Position numbers and translations under genes: made by a program. Source: Rebecca billardiae RCC1528 (lineage: Eukaryota; Protista; Haptophyta). Taken from it: a DNA stretch of 64,000 nucleotides. The stretch covers positions 1,488,001 through 1,552,000 of the forward strand of contig OZ251235.1 of NCBI GenBank assembly GCA_965240325.2. The letters run 5' to 3'. The notes under the pieces were generated by a model, which did no database searches, was not told where the DNA came from, and worked only from the letters and a program-made list of their open reading frames with translations. Shown piece after piece: positions 1-12,627 of the stretch (within the stretch, counting starts at the first letter, position 1; each line of letters opens with the position of its first letter).

Positions 1-1405
1 CTGGCACAGCGCCTGCTCGGCAAGAGCCACCACGGACTCGGGCAGGGTGGCGGAGACCAGGAGGCGCTGGCAGGCGATCCCCGGCTCACGCACGCCGTCC
101 AGCCGGCTGAGGATGCCCAGCAGCTTCTCGCCGAAGCCGAGGTCGAGCAGCCTGGGCGGCAAGGCGCGCGCGCGTGGCGACGCGAGGCACACGGGCCGAC
201 GGCGCGAGTGCGCGGGTGTGTGATGGTGCCGTGCTGCGTGGGGCAGCTGCGGCGCGTCGCGATGGCGCGGCGCCGCGGCGTCGCACGCGCGCGCACCTGT
301 CCGCCTCGTCGAGCACGATCACCCGCGTGCGGCTCACCTTGAGCGAGGCCGTGTGCGTCAGGTGGTCGTCCAGCCGGCCGGGCGTCGCGACGAGCGCGGT
401 CACGCCCTTCCGGAGCCGAGCCTTCTCCGACTTGCGCTTCTCGCCGCCGACGACCGCGCCGCACACGACCCAGGGCAGCGGGCGGCAGAGGGCGCTGAGC
501 ACGTCGAGCGTCTGCACGGCGAGCTCGCGCGTCGGCGCGAGGAGCAGCGCGAGCGTGCCGTCCTCGCGCGACACCTTCTCCACGCGCGAGCGCTCGATCA
601 GCATGTGCACGATCGGCAGCAGGTACGCGAGCGTCTTGCCAGACCCGGTCTCGGCGCGAATGAGCACGTCGCCGCCGGCCAGCACGGCCGGGACCGCCTC
701 GGCCTGGACGTGCGTCGGCTTGGCGAGGTGCATGTGCCCCTCGACGTGCGCCGCGAGCCGCGCGTCGATAGGCAGCGCGCCGAAGGAGCGCGCGCGCGCA
801 AAGACGCCGGGCTCCACGGCCGCGTCCGCCGCTGGCAGGGCAGGCAGAGCGGGCGCGCGAGTCGGGTCACCGCCGCGGTCCGGCTTGGCGGCGTGCGCTG
901 CGTGCGCGCCGTCACCCGTCGTGCCGTCGGGCGCAGCCTCGGCCGGCCGAGCACGCGCGTTGGCCCGCGGCTTTGCACTCCCTGTGCGAGGGCCCCGCAC
1001 GGCCTCGCGCTTGTGCCGGCGCGCCTCATCTGGTCCAATCGGCGGCGCTGGGTTGTCCCCGACGCGAGGCGTGTCCTGCTCGACGGCCGCTGCCTGGCGG
1101 TGCATGCCCTCGGCAATCAGCTCCCCAGACCCATCCGCACGGGGAAGAGCGCCCTCGGCACCATCGTTGTGGTGCGGTGGTGCGCGCGCCGATGCTGCCG
1201 GGCGCGATGCATGCGCAGGCGAGCCGCCGAGCCGCGGCGCAGGCTCGCTGCCGTCGGCTGCGCTCGGTGCGGCGGCTGCAGCGGCGTGCTTGGCGCGTAC
1301 GTTGCGGCGGCTGACGCCGGGTCGGCGCTGACGCTTGTTCTGCGCCTTGCTCGGCGGCGCCGCGGGCGGACCGCTGTTCACCCAGTGGACGTCCACGTCA
1401 TCCAT
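1..1405 (-). CDS. DBP7: DEAD-box RNA helicase, DBP7/DDX31/RH17-like (3' part runs off the window; intron 152-296)
   Basis: Q-motif KPTHVQ, AETGSGKT, PTRELA, the DBP7-type GGEKRKSEKARLRKG, ATPGRL, and VLDEADR|LLDLGF rejoined across a GT-AG intron at 152-296. Confidence 0.9.
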
Positions 1406-1836
1406 TGCTTGGCTGACCTCGTGACGGCCCAGTCGACGCGCGCATCTGCTGGCAGGTCCACGCGGCAGGATTCCGCCCGTCCAGGCTGGCCCCATCCTGT
1501 GGTCCTGAGCAACCGTGAGGAGCAGACGACTTATTATGAGACAAGGGGACCGCGTACAGCCCTTAGCCTGCCCGGGCCAGGCCGCGGTGCTATAGTCGTA
1601 ACACCTATGACTAGCAGTATTACGCCACACGACTGGGTGGCACGGAGCCTAAGTGCCCTGTGGTTTGCGGACCCAAGGGTGCCCTGCAGTGACTCACTCT
1701 GAACTCCAACCTCAGCGGTTCGCGGCTCGCAGCGTCGGTGCGTCAACGCAGAACGCTTACGCAGAACGGTCGGATGAAAGCAGAGTCAGTCGAGTCGAAG
1801 CACCGGCCACAACCTTTCGATCGCTCGGCGTTTCCG

Positions 1837-2862
1837 CTAGCGAGAAAGCAGCGGCCGATCCTCGGTCGTCTCGTCATGGGGATCTGCGGCCGCGGGTGGC
1901 TGCGGGGCGTGCTCGAGGTCTGAAGCGCGCATGGGCTCAGGCATGGCGAAGCTGTCGTTGTCCTTGTTCGTCCTCCGCATGGGCGCAGGGCGGTAGAAGT
2001 ATGCGAAGAGCAGCGTGATCCCAAGCATACTCATGCCGACGGGCGTGGCGTGCTTCTCCCAGATGGTCGCGTTCACGATCACCGAGATGATCTTGCACGC
2101 GTTCCCCAAGATGGTGAAGGCTGTCGCGGTCAGCTCCTTGCGCGCGAGGAAGGAGAAGTACGCAATGAACACGGCGACGACGCACGAGCAGGTGACCGCG
2201 GCGACGCAGATGGGCGTCCACTTCTCGACTGCGAAGAAGACGGGCATCTCGTCCGGCCCAAACGCGATGACGAAGAGCAGCACGAACGCCGCCCACGCGT
2301 TTGTGAGCATTGCGCGTGTCCAGTTGGACTTGACGCTCACAGACTCGACCACGTGCTTGATGTAGATCTGGTCGAAGAGAAATGCGACAAGCCAGCACCC
2401 CAGCCAGCCATAGCCATGTATATCCCACGCCGCGTCCGTCATCACATAGCCCGTCGCGCCCACGATCATCCCGAGGATGCAAAGCGCCGAGCGCAGCGAG
2501 GGCAGCTCGCGGCCGAGGAAGAACCAGTCAAGCAGCGAGACGACAACGGGCGTCGAGTTGCGGCAGACGATGAACGTCTCCACGTTCACAAATTGCAACG
2601 CCTTCCCATTTGAGTAGAGTGTTGCCAAGAATCCGAGGGCCACCGGCAGGTACGCGCGGAGCAAGCGCTTGTCGAAGAGCGGATCAAGTGCGATTTGGCC
2701 GGATGCACCGACCGCGCGGATACTGACCGCTGTCAGCGCGCACTGCATGAAGAGGATGATGCCTGGTGCGGGCATGTACGTGAAGGCGACCTTGTTGATG
2801 ACAAGGAGCATCGACGAGCATGCCCCGAAGCCAATGACGGCGAGCGCCGCCCCCCCAAACAT
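1837..2862 (-). CDS. Nucleotide-sugar transporter (GDP-fucose/GDP-mannose, GONST/SLC35C-D-like)
   Basis: About 10 hydrophobic helices; motifs LLVINK, NVETFIVCRNSTP, TAFTILGNACK. Confidence 0.85.
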   Translation of the reverse strand: MFGGAALAVIGFGACSSMLLVINKVAFTYMPAPGIILFMQCALTAVSIRAVGASGQIALDPLFDKRLLRAYLPVALGFLATLYSNGKALQFVNVETFIVCRNSTPVVVSLLDWFFLGRELPSLRSALCILGMIVGATGYVMTDAAWDIHGYGWLGCWLVAFLFDQIYIKHVVESVSVKSNWTRAMLTNAWAAFVLLFVIAFGPDEMPVFFAVEKWTPICVAAVTCSCVVAVFIAYFSFLARKELTATAFTILGNACKIISVIVNATIWEKHATPVGMSMLGITLLFAYFYRPAPMRRTNKDNDSFAMPEPMRASDLEHAPQPPAAADPHDETTEDRPLLSR

Positions 2863-3022
2863 GGCGAACCCCGTCGAGGGCGGGCTCGTGCTCGTGAATG
2901 GAGCCCAAGATTGGCGCGGAAGGACCGTACTCAGTACGTATCGCGGGCCGGATCCCAACGGGAATCTTACTATGGGGGTAGTCGGCTAAATACTTCAAAC
3001 CAGTTTCCAGGTCTCTCTTCGG

Positions 3023-3288
3023 AGAGCGTGCGATGAAGGATGGCGCGGCAACCTGCCACCGTGAGTGAGCCTGACGCACGTTAAAACAAATAAACAACGC
3101 GCCCCTCACCTGCCTGCGCCGGTCTGTTTTGTGGCGGTGTCTTTGTGCAGTGTTGGATGGCGTCAATCACGCCTTAACCAAGTGTGCACGTTAAAACATA
3201 GTAAACTGTAGTAGTAGAGCGTGCGATGAAGGATGGCGCGGCAACCTGCCACCGTGAGCCTTACGCACGTTAAAACAAATAAACTGTA
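3023..3288. repeat. Partially duplicated repeat end (3023-3094 vs 3217-3284); 3160-3210 recurs inverted at about 8178-8232
   Basis: GAGCGTGCGATGAAGGATGGCGCGGCAACCTGCCACCGTGAG...CACGTTAAAACAAATAAAC occurs twice; GCGTCAATCACGCCTTAACCAAGTGTGCACGTT has a reverse-complement copy near 8200. Confidence 0.8.
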
Positions 3289-3984
3289 CTACCCCCGTGT
3301 AAAAAGTTTAAGAACACTAACTTCCGGACCGAGTCCGGTGCGCCACCATGTGTACATACGTGACCGGAAGCGCAAAAGTTAAGTTGCGCATTGTGTCCTC
3401 TATCCAACGATACCCCATATGCATGCTAATCTGACATACATGATACAACCCCGTCCCCCAGCCGCTCGAAGTGCGACAGGTCAGACGCCGGTCGGCGGGA
3501 CAGAGCGGATGGCCGTCCGAGTGAGCGGGTTGGCCGGCGTCGCCTTGCGGCGCTTGTTGTAGTCGATGTCGCCGTCAATGGCCGGCCGGCAACCTTACAC
3601 ATGCTGCGTGGCATGTACTCCCACATCTCCTCGATCTTGTCGCGCGGATACAGCGCGTGAGCTGCCATCACATCGGCCACAAGGCTGCATCAGTGCATGT
3701 GTGCGCACGCGCACCCGCACGCCGCGCGCGCGGACGTGGGGTCAGATCTGGCCAGACGCAACACGAGTGGTGGCGCGCGCGCACCTCTGACACGACCGTC
3801 CTCGGCGCGGACCCCCACTCATGGGGTATCGTTGGAAAGCCAAGAGCGTGCTCAATCTAATTCCCGGACGAGAACGACGCCGTTGGCGGATCTGTGCGGC
3901 CATCGCAGTAGACCGCCCAATTATTTTGTGTTCTTTTTAAAAAACTTTGTACACGGAGGTAGTAAACTTTTTACACGGAGGTAG
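3289..3984 (-). mobile_element. Internally deleted Tc1/mariner (Stowaway-like) DNA transposon
   Basis: 22-bp TIRs CTAC(C/T)CCGTGTAAAAAGTTTA with one mismatch; TA on both flanks (3287-3288, 3985-3986); an extra TIR copy at 3941-3962; internal frameshifted peptide weakly resembling a mariner transposase C-terminus. Confidence 0.75.
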
Positions 3985-4024
3985 TAGTAAACTGTAGCCG
4001 ACTACCCTCTGCTACTATCTTACT

Positions 4025-4348
<324 letters not shown>

Positions 4349-5197
4349 AACGTGCAGTAGTAGCAGAGTACTCCTGTCGGCGCGCTGTCGGATCGGGGCC
4401 CAGTCGGAGAGTTCGGACGACGACATTTAGCTTAGTGGACGACGGTGGGGCGAGGACGACGGGCGCTGGCGCGCCGCGAGGCGGCCGCAGCCCTCTGACC
4501 TGAATCCACTATCCAGGCCTCGCCGCAGGCGGACGGCTGACTGAACGAATCTTCCGACGACGGCGCTACCATCGGCGACGGCTTCATGGGCGGTGACAGT
4601 TGGCGGGCGTCATGACCGATCTCGCCTGCCTAGCCAGACTGCCTAGGAGCTGTGTGTGGATCAGTCTTATTCTAAGTAAACTGACTAATCTCGTCGCCTG
4701 CCTGAGCTGACACTGACAGCTCTGTGTGCATCTCTTTTACTTTATAGACTTACGGAGTAGTAGCATTAATCAGATTGAAGTACTCCGACGAGGTCAGTTT
4801 AGAGTTTAGCTTACCGTCGGACGGCGGTCGGTTTAGGTTATATACCGCTGATGAGTGATGAGCTCCCCGGGCGTCAATTCGGTGGTAGGCCGGGGCTTGC
4901 TCGGTTTAGTAGTCTCAGTCGTTGGTTACGGTACCACACCATCGCCGCGGCCGCACCGGCTGTCACGGTGCGTGACCATGTGAATTGATATAAGCATCAG
5001 TTATACGAATATTATAATCAGCAGAGTAATGCATCATGATTATTCAGCAGAAACTAGTGACGAACTACCGGGTGGCGCTGCTGTGTCTCGCCCCCGCGTC
5101 ACGGCACCGCCTCTCGGTCCACTGCAACGTGTGCCAGTCGTCAGGCTAGGGCAGCCGCACCACGCCGGGCGCACATCTTGCGCCAGTGGCCGCGCCC

Positions 5198-6010
5198 TCA
5201 GCTGAAGGCGAGCTCAAAGAACCCGATGCAGTCCGCCTCGATCAGCCGCATGCCAGACAGGCGGTGCCACTTGTCCTCAAACTGGTGTGCAGCGGCGGCG
5301 TTCACCGTGCACACGATACGCACAAAGCGCGACTCGATCGGCGGCGTAAGGGCCCACTCCTGCATGCGCTCGGTGTCAAAAGTGACCAGCTCTGGCGACG
5401 CGCGCGTGTACGGCCCGTCCGCCTGCTCGGCGGACTCGAGGTGGAAGATGCGCACCGAGAGCGGGCCATACGGCAGGCACGGAATCTGCAGCCGCACAAA
5501 TGAGACGCGTCGCACAGTGTCGCCGAGCTGGTAGCTGATGAACTCGCAGCCCACGCCGTTGGGCGCGGAGCCAGGCGAAGAGATCCACCAGCAGTCACAT
5601 CCGGGCATCAGCGTGTGCTTCGGGTCGCACTGGTCGTACGGCGCTGAGCTCGACGCCGCGACCACCTGGACGTCCTCCATGCTGACGTGCCGAATGTGGA
5701 TGAACGAGAGCACATGGTCGACGAGTGCGGGGTCGGGCATCAGCGGCGCAATCAGCCGACGGATCCACTTCTCGCCGAGCGATTGTAAGGGCATGCACGG
5801 CGCCCCCGGCACGGGGCGCGGATCGAGCGGCTGTAGGGTAGACGAGTCAACCGAGATTGTGGCATCGACGCTGAGCACGCGCACAACGACCGGCCCCGAT
5901 GAAGCACAGAGCGTGCCGTTGACGACTTCACCGACGTGGCCGTCGTACCGCGCACCCAGCCCCTCCCCCACAACGCCCACGCGGACGAGTGCAGGTGTGG
6001 GGTGGGCCAT
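5198..6010 (-). CDS. Hypothetical protein with a probable galactose-binding-like (jelly-roll) C-terminal domain
   Basis: Clean 270-aa ORF; ASSS...WWISS...EFISYQL...RFVRIVC pattern typical of discoidin/GBD-like folds. Confidence 0.6.
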   Translation of the reverse strand: MAHPTPALVRVGVVGEGLGARYDGHVGEVVNGTLCASSGPVVVRVLSVDATISVDSSTLQPLDPRPVPGAPCMPLQSLGEKWIRRLIAPLMPDPALVDHVLSFIHIRHVSMEDVQVVAASSSAPYDQCDPKHTLMPGCDCWWISSPGSAPNGVGCEFISYQLGDTVRRVSFVRLQIPCLPYGPLSVRIFHLESAEQADGPYTRASPELVTFDTERMQEWALTPPIESRFVRIVCTVNAAAAHQFEDKWHRLSGMRLIEADCIGFFELAFS

Positions 6011-6133
6011 ACGTCCCCGTCCACAACACCTTTTGGCCCGCTCGAAGAGTCAAGATTGAAGATGGCGCGGGCGCCTTTTCGCGTCTCGCAGAATCTGCGC
6101 CGAGCTCGTGGGTCGTCGATCGGAGGCGGAGCC

Positions 6134-6506
6134 ATGGAAGCCCTGTGAGAGCATCGCGCGTCGTGCGCCGTTGGCTGCCCCGCCCTACATGGCGCGGCGA
6201 TTGACCCGCGGCCGTCCCACCATGCGCGCCCGCACCACGCGACCCGTTGACAGCACGCAGCGCACGGATGTGAGCGGCGTCATCGTGGCCGACGCGCAAG
6301 GCATGCTCCTTCGCACCGAAGGCACCGTCCCCGCCAACACGGCGGCAGTGACAGAGATCATGCGACGAGCTGAGCAGCTTGACGTGGACTCGGGCGAGAG
6401 GCCGACGATCTGCATCGAGGGCGAGCACAGGCGGATACTGATCTCGAGCGGCGAGGCTGGAGCTACCATCGCTGTCGTCATGGCAACAGCTCAGCCCGCA
6501 GAGTGA
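6134..6506 (+). CDS. LAMTOR5: Ragulator subunit LAMTOR5/HBXIP-like (intron 6145-6253)
   Basis: Spliced MEAL|TQRTDVSGVIVADAQGMLLRTEGT...PTICIE...ILI...TIAV matches the LAMTOR5 roadblock pattern; in-frame GT-AG intron. Confidence 0.8.
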
Positions 6507-7055
6507 GCCGAAACCAAAGCACTTGCAATGCCCTCGACATCTCACGTGCCACGCGCGCCAGAGATGTTGCGCGCGGCATTGAAATGCGCGTGGTCATTTG
6601 CCCGGTACTTGGCGCAGACCTCGCCCACCGCACGTCTCGGCGGGAGCTCGGTCGTTGCATCGGGCAACCCGCAACCGAGTGGCCGTAAGCCTGACGTCTG
6701 TGGCCTGTGGGCGGGTCCGAGGCACGCAACATGCACTGACAGTGCCATGATGCAGGCTTGCGGCTCAGCCTCAGGTCGACTTTGTCACTTGTAGTTGTAA
6801 CGGGTCACGGAGCTGGCTGCAGCCGGCCTCGAGAGTGGCAGTGGCTGCGAGTCAGCAGCAACTGCAAGCGCGTCATCGCGGGCCGACAGACTCGAGAGTG
6901 CCGCACGTTATATATACTCAGACTCTGACACTCAGACACTCGGGCCGACTCGGAGGCCCGCAGGATCCGCACGCTGGGAGCGGCCCACCGATGCCGCACT
7001 GAGTGAGTTCGGACTCGGAGCCGTCGGACAGAGTCGTCCCGTGATCATAAGAGTA

Positions 7056-7171
<116 letters not shown>

Positions 7172-7635
7172 TTTAATAAGACCCGGGACTCGATCGGAAT
7201 CGGATGACGAATACGATCGAGCCGCGCCAGACGCTTCACCGAAGCCAATGGTCACTGAGTCAGTCATCGCCAATGGTGGCTCGGAGTAGTCAGCGCAGGC
7301 AGTCTGGCTCCGGTTGTCCCACCCCTGCCAGCCCGCCGGTCATAGAAAGTGATAGAAACCGGGCGTACCGAAAATGATCTTCGCATTCGATTTGGCGCCG
7401 CCGAGCCGAAGCCCGAATGAACGCCCGCCAAGTGCGGTCCCACAGGGCCCCAAGTAGGGACAGCAGTCAGTAGTAGGATTCCTAATGCTATGGATGGCCA
7501 AGTAGCTGTGACTGTAAGTGCCCAGGGTGAATGTGAAATCAGTTTCGACGGTGACTACTTCAGACTCTGTTTTTCATAGCTGCTATTTACCCAGTATCCG
7601 ACCGGGCCTGATATATTTCTAATAGCTACGTGACA

Positions 7636-8478
7636 GACGCAAACCGAATAGCCCAGTCGTTTCGCGGGTCATCTTCCTCTCTGTCGTACCCAAAAGTCCC
7701 AAAACTCACCAGTACGAATCCAACTTCGTCAACGACCAGCACAGGCGCATAGGCGGAAACTCTTGACGCGAAGCGCTTTCAACCTCGTCTCGATCGAGAG
7801 CCTCACGGCTCCGGGGGTCGGGGAGGGGGGGGGGGGGGGGGGCTAGGTATAGGAGCACGAAACATGACCACGGCGACAAGAAAACCTACAGAAAACGAAC
7901 GCACGGTGTCACGCTACGCGCAACCCCCGGGTAACTACAGTCACCCCCGGGTCAACAGCAAAGACAGAGCCTCAAGAAGCCACAGCCGCAGAAGGGCTCA
8001 CCGCCCACAAAATAAAGCCGGAGACTCTTCGAAGCCAGTAGCCACACCGCGCAGACGAGCACGCAGGGCGGGACACCCGCCGGGACAGACCGGGCGGGGC
8101 CGCTGCAAGGAGGCGGCAACCTCGACAACAAATCCGTCGGACGAAAGTGGTCTGACACTGGACAGGACTATACAGAGTACAGTTTACTATATGTTTAAAC
8201 GTGCACACTTGGTTAAGGCGTGATTGACGCCATTTAGGGGGGGCAAACCGCCCATTTAAAAAAAGAAAATCAAAGCCGCGGCGCATTTTCGCTCCGCAGA
8301 GTACAGCAGCTGTACACTTTTACAGCCCCCGCCCCGCCGGTGACGTCGAGGGGTGTCCTACTGCCTGACGTGACTGGGGACTTTCGGTTATGACAGAACT
8401 AGGAAGATGCGTGAGTGTGACCCGCGAAACGACGACTGAGTCTCTGAGCTGTTCATCTGCGGTTCAGCCGTCAGCGTC
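7636..8478. mobile_element. Decayed element bounded by long imperfect inverted repeats (about 7636-7700 and 8376-8478)
   Basis: CAGTCGTTTCGCGGGTCATCTTCCT...CTGTC.TA.C.AAAGTCCC aligns to the reverse complement of 8376-8478 once short insertions are allowed. Confidence 0.55.
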
Positions 8479-8939
8479 CGGAGCCGTCCCGGAGTCGTTT
8501 CGCAGGCCGCGGTCCGCGGGTCTCGGACTAGCTGTCCAACCGCGCGGCGCGCCTGTCAAGTGAGTGTCAGTTAAATGGCGAGCCATATCAGATACCGACA
8601 GATAACGGTACGAGTAATTCGGGGCTGACGCCTGGCACTCTGTCAGCAGTCAAACGCGGAGGATCGACAGAAAATGACGAGTGAATACCAAATGCTAGGC
8701 GGTCGGCTGTAGCCTGTCAGTGGCGGCGCCATCGCCGGGCCCATAATGATAATCGGCGTGTGCCACCGCCCCGCGCCGAGGCGCCGGTTCGCGCGCGGAC
8801 CCGAGCCCGAAACGGGCACCGGTACGCGGGTAGTCAGGGGCCCTGCGAAGCCGGCCGTCTCCACGGCGTGATGGCCCAGCCGGCAAAGGCGCTCGATCAT
8901 ATGGAAGCAGAAGCTCGCTCGAGAGCCCTGATGCTCAAA

Positions 8940-9529
8940 TCATGACGCCAGAGGCATGGCGTACAGTTGCGTGTACATCCGAGCCATGGAATTGAAGCCC
9001 CTGTGGTCACCATGACGAATCAGGTTGCCCGCATCGCAGTTCAGCGGGCTGTCCGCTTCGGGTGAGGACAGGAGCGCGATGACGGCACGGCACACCGATT
9101 GCAGCGTCCATGCCGGTGTCCATGCGTCCTCTTTCAAGATGTCCAGGCAGATCTCGCCCGTCTGGGGCGCGAGAGGGCGGGGAAGGGGGCAATGTTTTCA
9201 GTTGACGCGCAGCGGCGCGCGTGCAGTTTTGGCACGACGGTGCCGGACCCGGGACGAGCGAGTACGCCTCAGGCGCGCACCTTGAACAGAACATTTGGGT
9301 GGAACACGCGCGTGAGGAAACGCACTTGCGGCGGGGCAAGTGGGTATGCTGACGGGCAGACGATCTTCAGCTCAAACGTGCCGCCCTCGTATGGCGTGCC
9401 GGAGGGACCCTGCAGCTTGCCGTGCCATCTGAGAAGGCTGCTCTCGTTCTCGAGCGTCAGCGTGATCTCGGGGTCCCTCTTCCCGCGCGTGAGCTCCCTG
9501 TACTCCTTGATGAGCCGGTTGTTCTGCAT
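8940..9529 (-). CDS. PEX4: Ubiquitin-conjugating enzyme E2, peroxin-4 type (intron 9162-9280)
   Basis: RLIKEY...GTPYEGGTF...FHPNVLFK|TGEICLDILK.DAWTPAWTLQSVCRA...DSPLNCDAGNL. Confidence 0.9.
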
Positions 9530-9790
9530 CGTGCGCTCAGGCCTCCACCCTGCCGCCGCCGCCACTATGGTGATCTCACGTCCGGACGCACGCCGCGCCG
9601 ATGGGACGAAACTTTACCGGCTTCATCAGCCGGACGCTCGAGAAAACTGAGTCCGGGCCCGCGCCGCAAGCTGATTTGCCAGCTCACCTCCCGAGCGGGA
9701 GCCCATCAGAGGCGCACCCGCAACCTAAGCCAGCGCAAAGGGAGGCTGTGGTGAGCACGCGCCCCTTGGCCCACGCGGCGCGCTCTAACC

Positions 9791-10105
9791 ATGACCTGGG
9801 AGGATCTGTTCAACTGCATCTGCAACAACGCGGCCTCCGGACCGGGCTGGCAAGACGTGCTCCGCGCGCTCGAGCGGCACACGATCTGCACAGGCACGCG
9901 ATGCTTCGAGGAGGAGGCAGATCTCTTCGGCACGCCGCAAAACGGTCAGGCTGAGGGAGGTAACACTGGCATGTTCTTCGCGTTCCTGTTCATGCTGATG
10001 GCGGCGGCGACGCTCTTGCACGTCAACCGTCCGGCGCCCGCCATCACAAACAAGAGTGGCGAGGGCCCGTCCAACCAGGACGACGAGCCACCGGCTGTCC
10101 AATAG
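9791..10105 (+). CDS. Small integral membrane protein SMIM14 (DUF2615)-like
   Basis: N-terminal CxC, a CT.T.C motif, one TM helix followed by RP...K...PPAV. Confidence 0.7.
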   Translation: MTWEDLFNCICNNAASGPGWQDVLRALERHTICTGTRCFEEEADLFGTPQNGQAEGGNTGMFFAFLFMLMAAATLLHVNRPAPAITNKSGEGPSNQDDEPPAVQ

Positions 10106-11788
10106 ACGGAGCTGTGTGCGTCGTTCGTGCCAACTGTACCAGTTGGCGAAAGCGATCGCGTTGCAATCGTGTGTACCCCCTGGTGAGCGTCGTGGCTTCC
10201 GCGCAACCGCTCTGATGCACGACGTCAGCTGCAGCTCGGTGTTCGCAGCCCATGTGTTCCCGAGCAGTTTCTACCGCGCGGCGGCGGAGAGGCCCAAGCC
10301 GCTGGAGATTCCATGCAAGGGCCAAGAGCCGGGCATGATTTGAGAGCCCTGCGACGTCCGCCTGAGTGTCAGTTCGCGGTCCCCGAGCCGGGCCGAGACC
10401 CTGCCCGTCCGCGGTCCGCACCGTGGACGGACAGCGTGGCTCGGCCGGCCTCACGGACTCAGGCCGTATGCGCTGCGGCTCTGACAGCCTACGGCCCGGA
10501 GGTCGCATAAGCTACGGTGAGCTTTGAATTCAGAATCATCAAGACTCCTGATGAGTCTGAATTACGGATGCCTGATCGACTACTGATGGTCAGTGATATG
10601 TCGCCGCTCACTCGGTCTCACTCCGGCCACCGAGTGGCCGCGGCGGCTCCGCATTGTCGTTGTAGTGCGGCAGCCTCACCTAGTCGGTAGTCCGCTACTA
10701 AGTACTAGTCAGGCCGAGACAATGGTGCGGCTGGCAGGTAGTCGCGGGCGGAGCCAATACGGGCGGCCGGTATCGGCCACTGCCCCGTGTACCGGTACGG
10801 CCCTGCCTGACAGACTTAGAGACGGGCACTGTGAGCTGGCCTTCATGAACTAATATAACTATGAAGTCAGTCACGACTCGTGAAAACTGCACAGGAGTCG
10901 ACTACCTCAATGGATGCCTCAGAGATGATGTGACTTCAGAGCGATATTGGGCCAACTACAAGCACTTCCTCTGACGAAGTAGAGTCCGTAGTACTATTCA
11001 GCAGCCACTTGGCAGTGACACGACTGCAGTCCGGACTGCTCACCCCGACCCGCCGGGCCGCGGCGACCCTCAATCAACCGGCGCGCTGACTTCAGTTCAG
11101 ATCAGCATCTGGAAGGCGGACCCGCGGGACCGCGGAGTCACGCGGACTTGCGCCACGGCGCGAGCGAGAGTACCGGTCAGATTCCGGTGTCCGGTCAGAC
11201 CCGGTGTCCGGTACGGCTAGGCTACATATTTGAAATATAACTAGGGACTGACACTACTAGGCCAGGCGTGTCCGTGATCAGTGATTACCGCCCGACCCCG
11301 GGTCCCGCGGAGCAGTAGGCTCCTTCCCTGGACTCCACGTCTCCAGCCCGCCACGCCTGCGGCCCGGCCCGCCGATATCTTTGTTCATTTGTTGTACCGC
11401 CAGGCAATTATTACTCATTGTAGAATGTAGTCTTTGAACCCGGCCGCCGGCCGCTGGCACCCCGCGCGGGCGCGGCCCTGTCCGCCCGTGGCCGTGGCGC
11501 CGTGCCGCCGCCTCCTGGCGCTGCGTGCAACGGTCCCATACTTATAGGCCATATCAGGCGGGCCGCGCGCACCCGGTCCCGCGCCCCCCGCCCGCCGGCC
11601 CCGCCGCCGGCCGGTGAGTACATAACGCCAACGGACACGGTCACCGGGACTGCAGGCTCCGAGACCCCGGACTGCGGGACTGTCGCCGCACGCGCGTCGC
11701 GGCATTGGCGGAGATCAGCATGAGTAGGTTAGTACTAATAAATTAATATGTCCATATATATATTAAATACTGTGTGTGTGTGTAGTGT

Positions 11789-12184
11789 GTGTTGGCGTGC
11801 GCGCCTCAGCGCTCCCTCGCGCCCCGCCGCGCTGCTCGGCACCATGCGGCGCGAGCTGGGACAGTGGGACATGTGCTGCCTGCGTGGCCAGGCCAAGATG
11901 CTCATCGCCGCGCGCGCATGGCGCACGTGCGCCCAGGCGCACGCGCCCGCGGGAGCGCTGCGCACGACTACTTCGGTCTTCGAGACGACGGCGGACGACG
12001 CGTGGCACCGCGACCACCGCGGTGGCGCGCGCGCGTCGCGACGCCAGACGGTGCGTCGGGCTTCCGCTCGCGGCTCGGCGATGAAGTGATGGGCAACTAC
12101 GAGGGGGGGGGGACGACGGCGAGGAGCGCTGATCCTGGTGTTTGTCCCTGCGCTGGGACCCGATCTGCTGCTACAGCTTGCTGA
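11789..12184 (+). pseudogene. Possible gene fragment between AT-rich microsatellites
   Basis: Coding-like GC-rich island (LLGTMRRELGQWDMCCLRGQAKML) with no complete ORF. Confidence 0.25.
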
Positions 12185-12484
12185 CTCCGTCGGACGCCTG
12201 CCCGTTGCATGATGCCACGTCGTTAAAAATATATATATATGTATATATCGTAATAATTTCATATATATCGGTAGTAATATCGATTGGGTCGTAGACGTAA
12301 TACTCCCGCGATGTCGGTGTCCATCACAGGGCCGACGTACACTGGAATATGACCGTCAGTCGTCGTCAGTGTCCTGATGAGAGTGACAGGCTATGCGCTA
12401 ACTATATACATACATATATATATATATGTATAATTACAATATATGTATACTTAATGCGCTACACTATGGCCAGGCGCTAGCGCT

Positions 12485-12584
12485 ACACACACACACACAG
12501 ACACACACACACTGACACACACACACCGTTGACACACACACACACACACACACACTACACACACACACACACGACACACACACA

Positions 12585-12621
<37 letters not shown>
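12485..12621. repeat. (CA)n-(TA)n microsatellite, left flank of the copia insertion
   Basis: Directly visible. Confidence 0.95.
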
Positions 12622-12627
<6 letters not shown>

